Positions 50,164 to 62,652 of a stretch of 64,000 nucleotides of DNA are shown one piece after another. Under the pieces are notes generated by a model. That model ran no database searches. It saw nothing but the letters and a program-made list of their open reading frames with translations, and was not told where the DNA came from. The DNA lies in NCBI RefSeq assembly GCF_031769215.1, contig NW_026782016.1, forward strand, positions 992,001-1,056,000, given 5' to 3'. Position 1 is the stretch's first letter; the number at the start of each line of letters is the position of its first letter. The position numbers and the translations under genes were made by a program. The stretch comes from Ylistrum balloti. Lineage: Eukaryota.

Positions 50164-53100
50164 TTATATTGCACAGATAAAGAAGAGTTCCATGTCACAT
50201 TCGATGCTCCGGATCCCATCTTGGCCCAAGACGACACAATACCCATGAGCGATGTTTGGACCTGTGGACCACAGAGTGTTTGGAATAGTTGCATTTTCAT
50301 TGTACTTCCAAGTTCCCGAGCTATAGTTTCCACTGATGTAGTACGGCCCCTCGTGACCTTCAACCAAGTAATGAAATAATTTGTAACGTTTTGAAATCGT
50401 TGAAGAAAAAAGTTATTCAACTTTGGTATTTACATGCTAACGTTATGTAACTATCATGATATGTATGGAATCTCTCTGACAGTATGTCACTACCATGATT
50501 TGTATTAAAACTTTCTGACTTCATGTTACTTTTAAGATCTGCAGCTGTTTTAACCCACTGGTACTATATAACACCTCTTGTATTGATCACTTACAAAGAG
50601 ATGTTCTACCTTTGACCAACGGCATCCTGTAACTCAGTTATCGACTTTTTATTTAAAGTTCTGAAATTTTCCTATAGGCAGTGCTTATTTTTCATATTCA
50701 CCAATTTGAAATCAGAAACATGCTTTAAATCAAATAAATAATACTTACTAAGAACAGTACTCGAATTGAGCATTTGACGGACGCTGGCCATCTGTTCGAG
50801 GTTGCTGATAATGAGAAGGTCGGCGGAGAAGTGTGCACAATACCTAGCGGCTTCCCACTGAGTTTTGCGAATGGTATAAACTCTGTACATCAGGTTTATG
50901 GAAACATCTCGACGGTAATCAAGCATGCGTGTAAGTCCTGTAAACATACATAGTTACTTCTTCAAAAATGGATGGGTCACTGTGTCTTTAGTACATTTAT
51001 AAACTAGAATCAATAAATAAAACATTGTCATCATTACCTAAACTTTCATATTAATCAGAAGGTTTCTGATCTAAATGCAGTGTGTTATTTGTAAAATTCG
51101 TATCCATGTTAATATTGTATTCCAGTTTGTATTATGGAATGCATGGGCAATTTAACGTTGTCACAATGGCGAGAATTTCTTTCTGTTTGTTTTGTTTTTT
51201 TTTTACCAACAACTTCCAATCATCTTTTTGTGGAATATCGTGATGACACTTGTAGAGATTCTTGATTATATAGTTTGGTGGCGTAGATTCTAGTCCCGTG
51301 CAGGGCACCAATCTAAAAGTATCTTCCTGTGTAAGTTATGTTTCTTTGTCCAAGTATTAATTTGACATGTACAATATGTATAGAAACAATAAACAACAAA
51401 AAAAATGATTAAAATAACAAAATAAAACAGAAAATAAAAAGCAGGAAGATAAATAATACCATGAAAGTTTGTAAGTGTAATTTCAAGAACAGGTCAAAGT
51501 CCAATTATTTATGTCACGAGTCTGTAGGCGTGTAACATATCAAATCTGTTTCAGTGGTAGATTTTCAAATTTGTGAAATCATCAAGTGTGACTTATTTTT
51601 GAAAAAAAGAGCTAGAGTGAGAAATTTTCTTGATTGAAGTTTCTCGGTTGTAAATGTATTCCGACTGATTGGAATGTTAACCGTTACATGAAGATTAAGT
51701 TCATTTACTGCCTATTAACTGGTATATAATGAACAAATGTCGACATGAACGGTAAGAAAAAGATATATATATATATAACACAAAGACGAAGATGGCATCA
51801 GCTAACCATGGTAAATCTGTGTAAAACTAACGCAATGCTTTTCTTTATTACGTTAGGTAACATGTCCGAAATTTCCGATGATCGTAACAAATGCATGGCG
51901 CTGGTTTGCGGCAAAGGGATGTATAACACAGGCTGAAAAACGATACTTGTTGATTTTATGTACAATCCCTAATGAGCTCTTACAATGGCCACGTCTTGAT
52001 ATAAACTATTACAAATCAGTTCCAAAAAGCATGAGATAACATTTCCATAAAAATCATGTTTAAACATTAATTAAGAAGGTGTGATGCTGTACCGTAGTTG
52101 TAGAAGTAGTACGACTGTCTTTCCCGCAAGGAATGCAGCTTCCTTTCTCCTTGTAAGAAGTTGCCATAGACATTTGTCTCGTAACCAATACATTGACCAC
52201 TCCATTCGTTACTGCTAAATGCTACACATGACATTCGATCAAAGCATAGCATGCCACAATCCATATGTGTCTTCACGTTTTCTCCGAGGACAGAGCCAGA
52301 GGGGAGATTCTCCACGGCTATAGGAACAAACGCAAAGGACTGCAGGTCTTCTGCCTCAAACACGTCATCTGTTTAAACACATATACATGCAATATTCAAA
52401 CATATATAATATTCAACATGAAATATTTAACAGATGTATTACGCAAACAGTTCTCAACATGTTATTTTGTGCTTTTGCGTCGATAAACGCTTACCGTATT
52501 TCGAAATGCTTACACTTGAATGTTCAATACCCTAATTAATTAATTAATTGTTTGCATATCTTGATATGCATGTCGTTTGTGACACTAACTTCTCTTTAAT
52601 CATTGATAGATTCAAGTAACAATTAAGCAAGGTATAAGCATGTTTCTACCCCAGTGACCAGGCATGAACCAGTTATAAAAACTGTTGTATTGATACGCCT
52701 ATTCATGCTATTATCGTTTTAATTGATTGACCCGGGGCACCTTTTACCAGAAAGGCCCTTCATGCATTTGTTGAAATCAAAAAGTACTGGTAATTTGAAT
52801 TTTTTTTTATAGATTTTAATCAATATTTATTGCTTTGAAGATGATATAATTTGTGTTGTTTATGACGATTTCAAATGAATAATCATTTTTCCAATGTTTC
52901 GTATAACGTTGAGCAGCGTTTCACTTCAGGTAATACAATAACGTATCAAGGTTTTATGCCATGATACAAACAATTCTTACTAGTTCACTGTGATAACTTT
53001 ATATTGGTGCGTTCCTCTTGCCGGTCAAGACCCTTAACTACTCTTTAGACTGTCGTACGTGTGCTTATACATAAACCATGCACAGGTCGAAACTGCTTAC

Positions 53101-56100
53101 ATTATTTTCACTTTAGTTCACTACACACATACTCTTATGTAGTTACGAGTCCCCTACCTTCAGTCACGATGCACCCAATTAAGTCGAACTGTAGAGATAA
53201 ATCAGTCGTGTCAGTGATATCAATATATAGAACCGTCGTATTGTTCGGTGTTTCATCGAGGAAATAGTACTGTGGCTCTTGTTCAGCCACGTTGTGAACG
53301 AAAATCTGAAAAGAGAAATTTCAAAGATGATGTTTAGTTATGATCTTTTCTCGATGTCACACCCTACCATACTTTATTCCACACGAATATGATTTACTTT
53401 GTGATAATATGTAATTTGTCTTTTTATATACTTAACACAGATCTATACCGTATACGCTGTTGTCGTCCTGAACGAAGAAGCAATGGACAATGTTGTGTGA
53501 GTGAGAACATTCCTCTCCTGTTATTGGCTGACAAAATACAATGTCAACCTGGAACCCGCAAATTCCTGCATGACAGGTTAACATCGCAAATTGATATCAA
53601 GAGAAACGCAATAAAAATAGAAACACAGAATTTCTATGATGCGTCGTACTTAAGACCAATGGGAATTCAGCGTTTATCTGTTTACAAACATGGCGGTCGA
53701 CCCGAGCGTGAGTCGCGCACATGGTCAAGAAAGTCGATTTCCTTCGGTATTTGAGGAAGATTTGAAGAAAATTGTGCTCTATAAAAACACTTCACATTCG
53801 ACAGAATCTGATATACGGTTTGTTGGAGAGAACTTGTCGGAAATACGACAGTCGGTTGAATTGTAACTCTGAATGCTGTTGCTGAAGTAGAATTCTTGAG
53901 TAATTTTATTTTTTAACTCGCTTCTTAAAGCCTTGTCATATGATAAAACAGTTATTCACCTTTTTTTTCGTTTTATACGAGGATTTGTTGACCTTCGAAA
54001 GATAGGTTGTCCTTTAATCTACGGACTCGGGAAATATAGCATTGATCAGGTTGACAAATCCTCGTATTAACCTATATCCGAGTTAATGACTGTATAATGA
54101 TAACCGATTTGACAGTTGTGTGTCTTTGATCAAATTCACTGATAACATTACTCTTTTCCAAGCGCTGACTAAAATTTCTACATTTCCTAGATACAATGAC
54201 CGAAAGATCACCTTTGATGTGCATGTAGTTAATAAAATACAGTCGAAGGGGAATAACTCTTATTGAAAGTTTCAATGTCCAGCTGAAACCCATTTTTGTT
54301 CCAGAACAAGTAGCACAGGGAGTGCAAAAAGGTTCATATCAACTTCTCAAATTAATATAAATTCTACTCCTATTAGTTGCAATGACTATTGTTTTTAAAT
54401 ACTGGTTGTTGAAGACGAAAAGCATAAAACATTGCTTACAACATATACATTTGTAAAAATGTTCTTGCATTTCAATTTAGTCTGAAAGACATTAAAACAT
54501 AGAGATTGTTTCTGATTGACCAGTATAAACATGTACAAAAGTCAAAGAGATAATGAATATATGGTTATAACCGAATGACTATACAACTTCATATGTGTTG
54601 AATTAAATAAAAGTGTAAAATACCAAATTAAATCTTTGCAATGATTTTCTACAAACTTTCATAAAATCATAGGATTACTCACCTGTAACATACACAGGAG
54701 GGGCATTGAACACACATACAGATATATGGTCATTGTCGACGGTGAAATGGTAACCATTGCTTTTATCTTTCTTGGTGACGGAAAATGTATCTGTAAGACA
54801 GTGTATTGTATATGGAAAAGGGTAAAAAAACAAATATAGAAAATGTCTTTATTTAATATATTATACATGTATCGGGCATAAATGTTAAGTATCTACTGTA
54901 AATTTAAATTACTGAAAATTGCGACGTTTGATACAATGCATACTAAAACCAATACTCTCTTCTTATTTTGTCGATCTTGATATGAGTTCAGTGTGAGTAA
55001 CACGTTTGTATGCCGTTGATTTAGCATATTGTTACACAATTAAATCAATTAGATTGTCAGTTTCAAGCGAATATTTTATAAACAGAAAATACCAAAATTG
55101 TGTAAATATTATATAACTTTTTGCCCACATCGATACTTGAAAACATAATTCGTAGATTGGATTAAATTACAAGGTCGGGGGTTCACTGTCCGCACAGCGT
55201 TATAAGTTTTAGCAAACCAGTTGTTTGATTTAAAGCAACATTTCGATCAAATCCACGGAAATAACGAGACTTTAAGTGTAGTTCGTTACATTAGGACCAT
55301 TCTAGAAAAAATTCTAACATTATTGGAACAATTAATCATTTTGGGGAAACCCCAAATCATGTCTTTCTCTCTTGGCTCTATTATATATTGACAAAAAATA
55401 TACCTGAAATTGGTAGACTGAATGAGATATTCCAGGGTCCACATGTTCGTCGAATACAGGCGCAAGTTCGGGTTGTTTTCAAATACGCCATAAATCTCTC
55501 TATACGCGCTGTCATTGTGGCTTTGCCATCCCGACATCAGGTAGTCATCACAGAAATCATCTTTTCAATCAAATGAAAGATAAAACAAAACATAACTATT
55601 TCAGATTTCTAAAAACATTAAAAGGTTAATGATCAGTAGGATAAAGATCAATGTAGATAAAAAAACAAAGGAGACATGACACAATATTTTTTTCTCATAC
55701 CGACATGAAATACGGGATAACATTTATCATTGTAGGGAAACAAGACTAGAGGTGTAACAGTTATCATTGTAAGGACCTAAACCAGAGAGGAAATCAACTT
55801 TAATGGTAAGGATACATTACCAATTAGGTATTATCAACTATTACTGGAAAAAATATTAAACTGAGGAGGATAAATCAATTATTACCGTAAGAGAGAAGGA
55901 TACACCAGCTATTACAATAACGTAATCAAACTGAGGAGAAGATATCATTTGTAACGGTATAAATTTGAGGAGATATCCGTGATTACTGTAAAGATATAAA
56001 GATGAGGAGGAGATATCAGTTATTACATTAAAGATATAAAAATGAGGAGGAGATCTCATTTATTACAGTAAAGATATAAAGATGAGGAGGAGATATCAGT

Positions 56101-58023
56101 TATTACAGTAAAGATATAAAGATGAGGAGGAGATATCAGTTATTACAGTAAAGATATAAAGATGAGGAGGAGATATCAGTTATTACAGTAAAGATATAAA
56201 GATAAGTTATTACATTAAAGACATAAAATTGAGGAGGAGATATCAGTTATTACAGTAAAGATATAAAGTAAAGACATAAAGATATGAGGAGGAGATATCA
56301 GTTATTACAGTAAAGACATAAAAATGAGGAGGCGATATCATTTATTACAGTAAAGATATAAAAATGAGGAGGCGATATCATTTATTACAGTAAAGATATA
56401 AAGATGAGGAGGAGATATCAGTTATTACAGTAAAGATATAAAAATGAGGAGGCGATATCAGTTATTACAGTAAAGATATAAAAATGAGAAGGCGATATCA
56501 GTTATAACAGTAAAGATATAAAAATGAGGAGGAGATATCATTTATTACAGTAAAGATATAAAGATGAGGAGGAGATATCAGCTATTAGTGTAAAACGAAA
56601 TATGTGAAAATAATGTAGAGATTTAAACCGAAAACGAAATATCTTATTGTACTGTAGAGGCATGAAACTGATAAGGATATATAAGTTGTTACTGTACATA
56701 TATAAAACCATCTCTAAAAGGTAAGGGTACGAACCGAAGTAACCATAGAAATGAGAAATAACGATATGAAAACCAAGGTGGCGACATGTGTTATTGCTAT
56801 AAGGATATAAAACCAAAACAAAAATATCTGGGTTTTTTTTTTCTATTGGGATATAAAACTAAGGAGGAATGATCACCTATTGCTGTAAAGATGAAAAACT
56901 CAAGATGAAAATCCGAGGAGACATCCGATATCACTTAAAAGATTTAAAACACAATAGGAGATGTCAAGCATTATAGTGAATATTTTGAAACCAAGGAAGA
57001 GATATCTAAGAATTGGAAAAAAAATGAGTACGTAATATCATATTTACGGTAAAGTAACCAAGGGAGAGTTATTATCTATCACTGTCATGTTTAGCCGTTA
57101 TTACAGTAAGGACATAAAACTAGGGAGGAAATGTCAGTTATCACTGTCGTAATGTAAAATCGAGGTTTTTGCTGTAAGGATATAATTCTGGGGAAGAAAT
57201 TTAACTATATAAAACCAAGGCTTAAATATCAGTTATTTATAAGGAATGTAAAACCGAAAAAGTGGTATCAGTTATCACTGCCATCATTTGAAATAGGGAG
57301 GTATGTAATTTATAATTTATAGAACATAAAAAACGAGGCGGCGATTTCAGTTACACTATAGGGATAAAAAACCATGGAGATGACATTGAATGCTGAAGTA
57401 TTTAAACCGAGTAGAAAATATAAAATATTACTATAGGGACATACAACTGGGACTGAAATATCTCTTATTAAGTCGAGGATATTAAAACGAGGAAGAGATA
57501 TTAGCTATTACGACGATGATATAAAACTGAGGAGAGGATATCGGTTATTGATAAAAGGATATGAAACTGAGTTGGATATATCATATACTAAAGTGAGGAT
57601 TTGAAAACGAGGATAAGATATCAGTTATTACTGTTAAGATATGTAACTGAGAGAGATATCAGTTTTTTTTTATATAGGGGTATAAAACCGAGGAGGGGAT
57701 ATCAGTTAATACTGAAAGAATATAAAATCGATGATGTGATACAAGCTATTACTATAAGGATATAAACTAAAGAGCGTGATTTCAGTTATAATTGTAACGA
57801 TTTAAAATCAATAAGATGTTATTACCCTTTTTGATTTGTTATGTGTTGCTAGACGTTTTCATTTAAACAGTATATTTAAAATCTGAAAATCCACTTAGAC
57901 TACATTGCACTTACCATAAGCTTTGATGCCAAGGATGCACACGAGAGACCAAAGGCAGGAAAATTTAATCCGGTCTTTGCATCGGTAGTTTTTAACATTG
58001 CATAATTTTAATAGCGCTGCCAT
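50164..58023 (-). CDS. Secreted multidomain lectin-like protein: signal/anchor + F5/8 type C (discoidin) + PAN/apple + C-type lectin domain; one 1-bp frameshift in exon 2
   Basis: Exons 58023-57915 (MAALL...FSCLWSLVCILGIKAY), 55560-55404, 54790-54683 (IHFPSPRKIKAMVT...), 53305-53158 (IFVHN...LQFDLIGC), 52368-52093 (DCGMLCFDRMSCVAFS...QCIGY), 50937-50749 (WEAARYCAHFSADLLII) and 50357-50164 (YYISG...TWKY...W...CVVL...IECDMELFFIC). All introns are GT-AG and phases match everywhere except the exon 2/3 junction. The sum is 1181 nt, one short of a multiple of 3. Domain calls come from motif recognition only. Confidence 0.72.
53650..54100 (+). mobile_element. Putative Crypton/DUF3504-like transposon remnant inside an intron of the lectin gene
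   Basis: A 58-aa ORF at 53690-53866 (MAVDP...SRFPSVFEEDLKKIVLYKNTSHST...) resembles the N-terminus of DUF3504/Crypton proteins, judged from memory of the family. It is followed by an inverted repeat with 17/19 matches (53976-53994 / 54048-54066). Confidence 0.4.
55850..57800. repeat. 40-bp minisatellite (GAGGAGGAGATATCAGTTATTACAGTAAAGATATAAAGAT), homogeneous at about 55980-56590 and decaying to about 57800
   Basis: GAGGAGG recurs at 56044, 56084, 56124 and 56164. It lies in intron 1 of the lectin gene. Confidence 0.93.
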
Positions 58024-58249
58024 AGCCGTTTTCCTTCTAGGCTTTTTGCACGAATTCAGTCTTTAATTACTCCTCCGATTCTCTGTCTTGGTGTCCTTGC
58101 CACTTCACTTCTCTGTTTTCCTTAATACTCTGTTCCTTCTCCTGTCTTTGTGTCCTGATGGCTCCAATTTTCGGGAGCCCTCCCGCGTGAATTTTTTGCC
58201 TTCACTACTATTCCAATCCAAGGCGTTCACTTCGTCGTTTAGTCAGACT

Positions 58250-60540
58250 TACCCTCACGTGTCAAACCACGAGTTGTTCACTAAAAGCGGCGTTTTTCTA
58301 TGTCAGAATAAAACAGATATCGTTTTGTTATTGATATTAACACAAACTTGAGTGTTGTTAGTAAATCAAGCATAGATCCTGCTTTAGACATATTTAATTA
58401 TATGAATCACCCATGCAATGTTCTGTCTGATAATATTTATCAATAAAATTATTATTTCATTACCAACAGTTATTGTCCATCTCTTCACATTAGTGATTGT
58501 GTGAAACCAAAGCATACCTTGTCTGCAAACAAACGTACACAATGATAACAATGGACGAACTATATACCTATTGGTTTTATCAGCAACATTGTAATTGTGT
58601 CATTTGTAAAATAACAAAACAAGCTATGTTTCTGTGCTGGTTTCGTTATTCAAGTATTAACATTAAGTTTTCATTAGGTTATCAAGTGATAACTACTGTT
58701 GTACCTGACAACATTTATTTACATGCTACTAAGGAATGAAGCGTCTAGCCGTCAACCCACATACTGGGAATTTACGTGCAAGCCACATGTGACTTGAAAA
58801 TGAGTTACGTGATCTCCAAACAATCTTCAAGCAATACTTACTTGATAACAACCACAAGGAAATAATTTGAATTTTACTTTGGAAATTGTTCATTTCAAAG
58901 AACCCTGGAGGAGGGCCTGATGGCGAGGTTCCAAAAGGTTTAATACTGGATTTACAATTTCAATCACCTTCTTTTAAATCATTTTTCTGGTTTTGGTCAA
59001 ATATGGAAGTAAATATCCTGGGCCGATGAGAATATTTATATCTGAAGAAACGTTGGCTGTCCTCTGTTTCACTAGACCCCCCACATACCCTTATACATAT
59101 TAGATGAGCTTCTCTCACGTGTCAAGCCACGTATTATTAAAACAAAAGAGAGCGGTGTTGTTTTCAGTGTTGATGCTATTTTTAGTTTATATCAACGCAT
59201 ACCTGAGTAGTATATCAAGCATGGATCCATTTGTCTACTGACAGATAACAGATATGGCTCATTTCATTGTTAGTGCTAATTGTTCATCCCTCCAGATGTC
59301 ATCATCAATTGTATGACGGCTAAATATAACAATATGAATTCGGTATCAATATTAATTAGCTAATCTGCAAGCGAATGGCGACAATAACTGCAATAAATAC
59401 ACTATATATGTATTCTGTTCATTTTCGGGAGCATGCCATTCATACCTTTGTCAGCAATATATACATGTAATTACGTCGCATGTCAAGTAGAATGACACTT
59501 GATATCTTTCCCCATAGAAATGATTTAACGTTGTGTAAAACGTTTGCGCGATGCAGCCACAGCTACTTTTGTTTTGGGTTTTTTTAAGGTTATCGGGGCC
59601 TTAAACAAACTAAACAAAAATACCAAACAAACAATCAGATAACCGAAAACAGACAAAACCAAAAGTAAAAATAAAACAAACTTAAAACCATATATAACTT
59701 AACAATGATCTATTATTTGCTAGTAAATCAAGCTCTATACTTAGATAATATCGAATCCCAAAGGACCACCGAAGACCTGGTGGCGCGGTCCCAAATAGAA
59801 TTACTGTATATTTACAGTTTTTATTAACTTCTTCTAGAGTATATCTGTTAAAAGGATATCATTACATAATAAATTTTCAAAATCATCAATTTTGTCGTTG
59901 GCTAACAAGAAAATTTGTAGTTCATATATTGGAGACATAAAATGAAAAGTACTCTAGTCATGTTGAGTTCATTTGATATAAATTTCATTACACGACACAA
60001 AGCCAAACACTCACTAACTTGACAACATGAATACTATTGCAAGAAATCATATTCTATACTATGGAAATTGTGTACCCACAAGGACTGTGGAGGACCTGGT
60101 CGCGAGGTCCCAAATAGGATCTCAAAGCTGATTTACAATTTAATAGTTAACTTGATTTATATCACTTTTCGGATCTTGATCAAATATCTAAGTAATTTTC
60201 AGTGGCCAGTGCGAATATGTAAAAACAAAGAGAAAGAAAAAAAATGAAAAAAGGCTGTCCTCTTTTTTATCCCCACGGACCCCTCTTAACATTAAATGGG
60301 CGATAAGCCAAAGCTTCTCTCACGTGTCAAGCCACGAATTATAAAAAGAGAGCGATGTTGTTTTCAATGACGATGTTGTTTTATTGTTTGAAGCTACAAA
60401 TTGACCTAAATCATGCATAGCTACTGTTGGCATATTTGTTGCGATATAAACAGAATTATGTCACTGTCAGACGCTAATTAGCCATCCCTTCTGATGTCAT
60501 CAGCGATTACATGACGCCCAAACATCAGAATCAAGTTTCG
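58250..60540. repeat. Degenerate tandem triplication of a block of about 0.9-1.2 kb
   Basis: CTCACGTGTCAA(A/G)CCACG anchors at 58254, 59114 and 60319. GGACCTGGT..CG.GGTCCCAAA-like anchors near 58905, 59770 and 60090. CATCCCT..GATGTCATCA near 59285 and 60483. Confidence 0.7.
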
Positions 60541-62652
60541 ACATGATAATTACATCTTGGGTCAACTAGAAATCCACATTTAATTTTCATTTTTGGTTTC
60601 TCGTTTCATCTTCGAAATCATTTTGCGTTCGTCGTTCTACATATTTTGATTTTTGAAGAATTTGACACGCGATACAGTGCGATCATACATCTTCATTATA
60701 CGTTACTGGAATCGGCGTAACCTGGATGGATCGTTGTCTATGTATTCGAAGAATTTTCACTTAATCTGCATACCACATTTTAATTGTATTTTGATACTTG
60801 TGCAGTTCAGAATAGACAAATGTATTGGATATTCTTCTGTAATCATCCAATATTTAGATTATGAAATTTATGGAAATCTCTGAACACCTTCAACAGAGGG
60901 CTTGACTAGGGTTGTCTTGTTCATATGTGAATATCATACAATCAATATCAGACCATATTGTAACCTATCGGGTAGGTCACGGCGATGAATAAGGATTTCA
61001 AGCTATGATGAGACTAATTTATCTCTCTATAAATCGCCGGGAAGGTGATGGTTCAATACACATCATAATGCAGCCAATTCATACAGGACATGGCATTATT
61101 GGTATAACGGGACTTCTGGGTACAAATATCTTTTTCAGAAATCATGTAGCAGTCTTTCTAACCTTAAAACGATTTTTTCCTGTAGTCGGAACAAGTGTAA
61201 CATATGTAAATGTATCTAAAAATAGTCAGTGAATTTTCCAGAACTCCATTTCAATTTAGTATACAAGCTCACAATTGCAAAACAATGAAACATTTTTAAA
61301 CTATCTTGGACAATATTCTGATATATAGAATACTTTTCAAAATTATGAAAAGAATGAAAAGAAAATTAGTGATTGCTTTGCTCAATATTTCGCATTTTTC
61401 GTGAAAAGGTCATTTTTCCGAGAGCAATAAAAATCTGAAGTCCTGACCTGATTCTAATGGTTGTGTTGGAGAGGGGGTGTGGGAGGGAGTAGTGAGGGTT
61501 GGCTACATATCAAATTTGAAAATGACCAAAATATAACTTCTCAAGAGACAACATCTATTTAGTACAAGTGTGTGAACGGTGTCGATTAGTTGTCAACGCT
61601 GCAGCTATTTACATGATAATATATATGAATCAAGTACAGACTACGTCACATCTTTCCAAGCTGCTGCCCTTACTTCTAGCTTCTACGTGTTATATAATCG
61701 GCCTTTTCCCAAGTGGTCACACTGCATATGAATTGTGAGCTGGACTGATCACTTATCCGCCGTGAATAAAAAAGCATCTTTGCGAAAAGTGATCTGTCTT
61801 ATTAAGTAATATCTGTTCGTTTATTTAGTAAAACAAAATTACTACTGATTCTAATCTTTGTTAAAGCAGCAAACATGTAATTCAACATTTGAAATAATTT
61901 CTGTCACAAATGACTTATCAGGAAAGGTTATAGACATTATTCAATGAACCTTTTCTGTTTTTTATTTGTTTATTTCTTTATTTATTATTATTGTTATTTT
62001 CCCATAAGAGCTGGACATGTTTGATTCTCGCAGGTTACCCTGATGCTATCATTGTTGTTAACAGGTTTCTCACTTGGAAACGTAATACTGTTTACTTGGA
62101 TGACAAAGATTTACATGGCGAGAGTCGTCGATGAAGCAGAAGATGCTTACTCTTCTGAAACACCAAACCTTATTCTCCTTGTACATTTCAGTAGTCTCTG
62201 TATAAATCTTTCTTTTGATCATATATATTGCCGTATTTCAAACGAAACTGTATTTGAATTATGACTCTAATATTATTTTCTTTGTTTTTATCGACACGAA
62301 ATTATATTAGTTATATGTAATGTTATACGACTTCAAGCAGTACTGGATATTATTCAAGATATCTTAACAAATGATCGTAAAAACCTAGAAAACCTGATTT
62401 CGCTTCGATAAAGTAAAAAAGGAATTGAAATATCATAACAAAATGATAGAACAACTTTGAGACCAGTCTATGGAATCGTCACTTTGGAAACTTAGTTTTT
62501 TCCATTATATTTACTGGGGAAAATGTAAACATTTGTAGTCATCGCTCATTGAAAAGAAAGCGTAACGGTAATCATGCAAAACGAGTAATTGTGTGGCCAA
62601 CATCAGCTATCAACAGATGTTTATTTATCAATAAAAAGCAGAAACAGTCTTT

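Noticed and set aside
52495-52531. Possible 37-nt phase 0-to-1 micro-exon (GIEHSSVSISKY) in the lectin gene
   Set aside because: The acceptor lacks a pyrimidine tract, and exon 53305-53158 already supplies the same phases and completes the discoidin domain. It cannot be excluded as an alternative exon without RNA data.
60659-62134. Possible + strand exons (60659-, 61045-61101, 62034-62134: GDGSIHIIMQPIHTGHGII / GYPDAIIVVNRFLTWKRN...)
   Set aside because: No recognisable domain, weak acceptors for the first two and no consistent full gene model.
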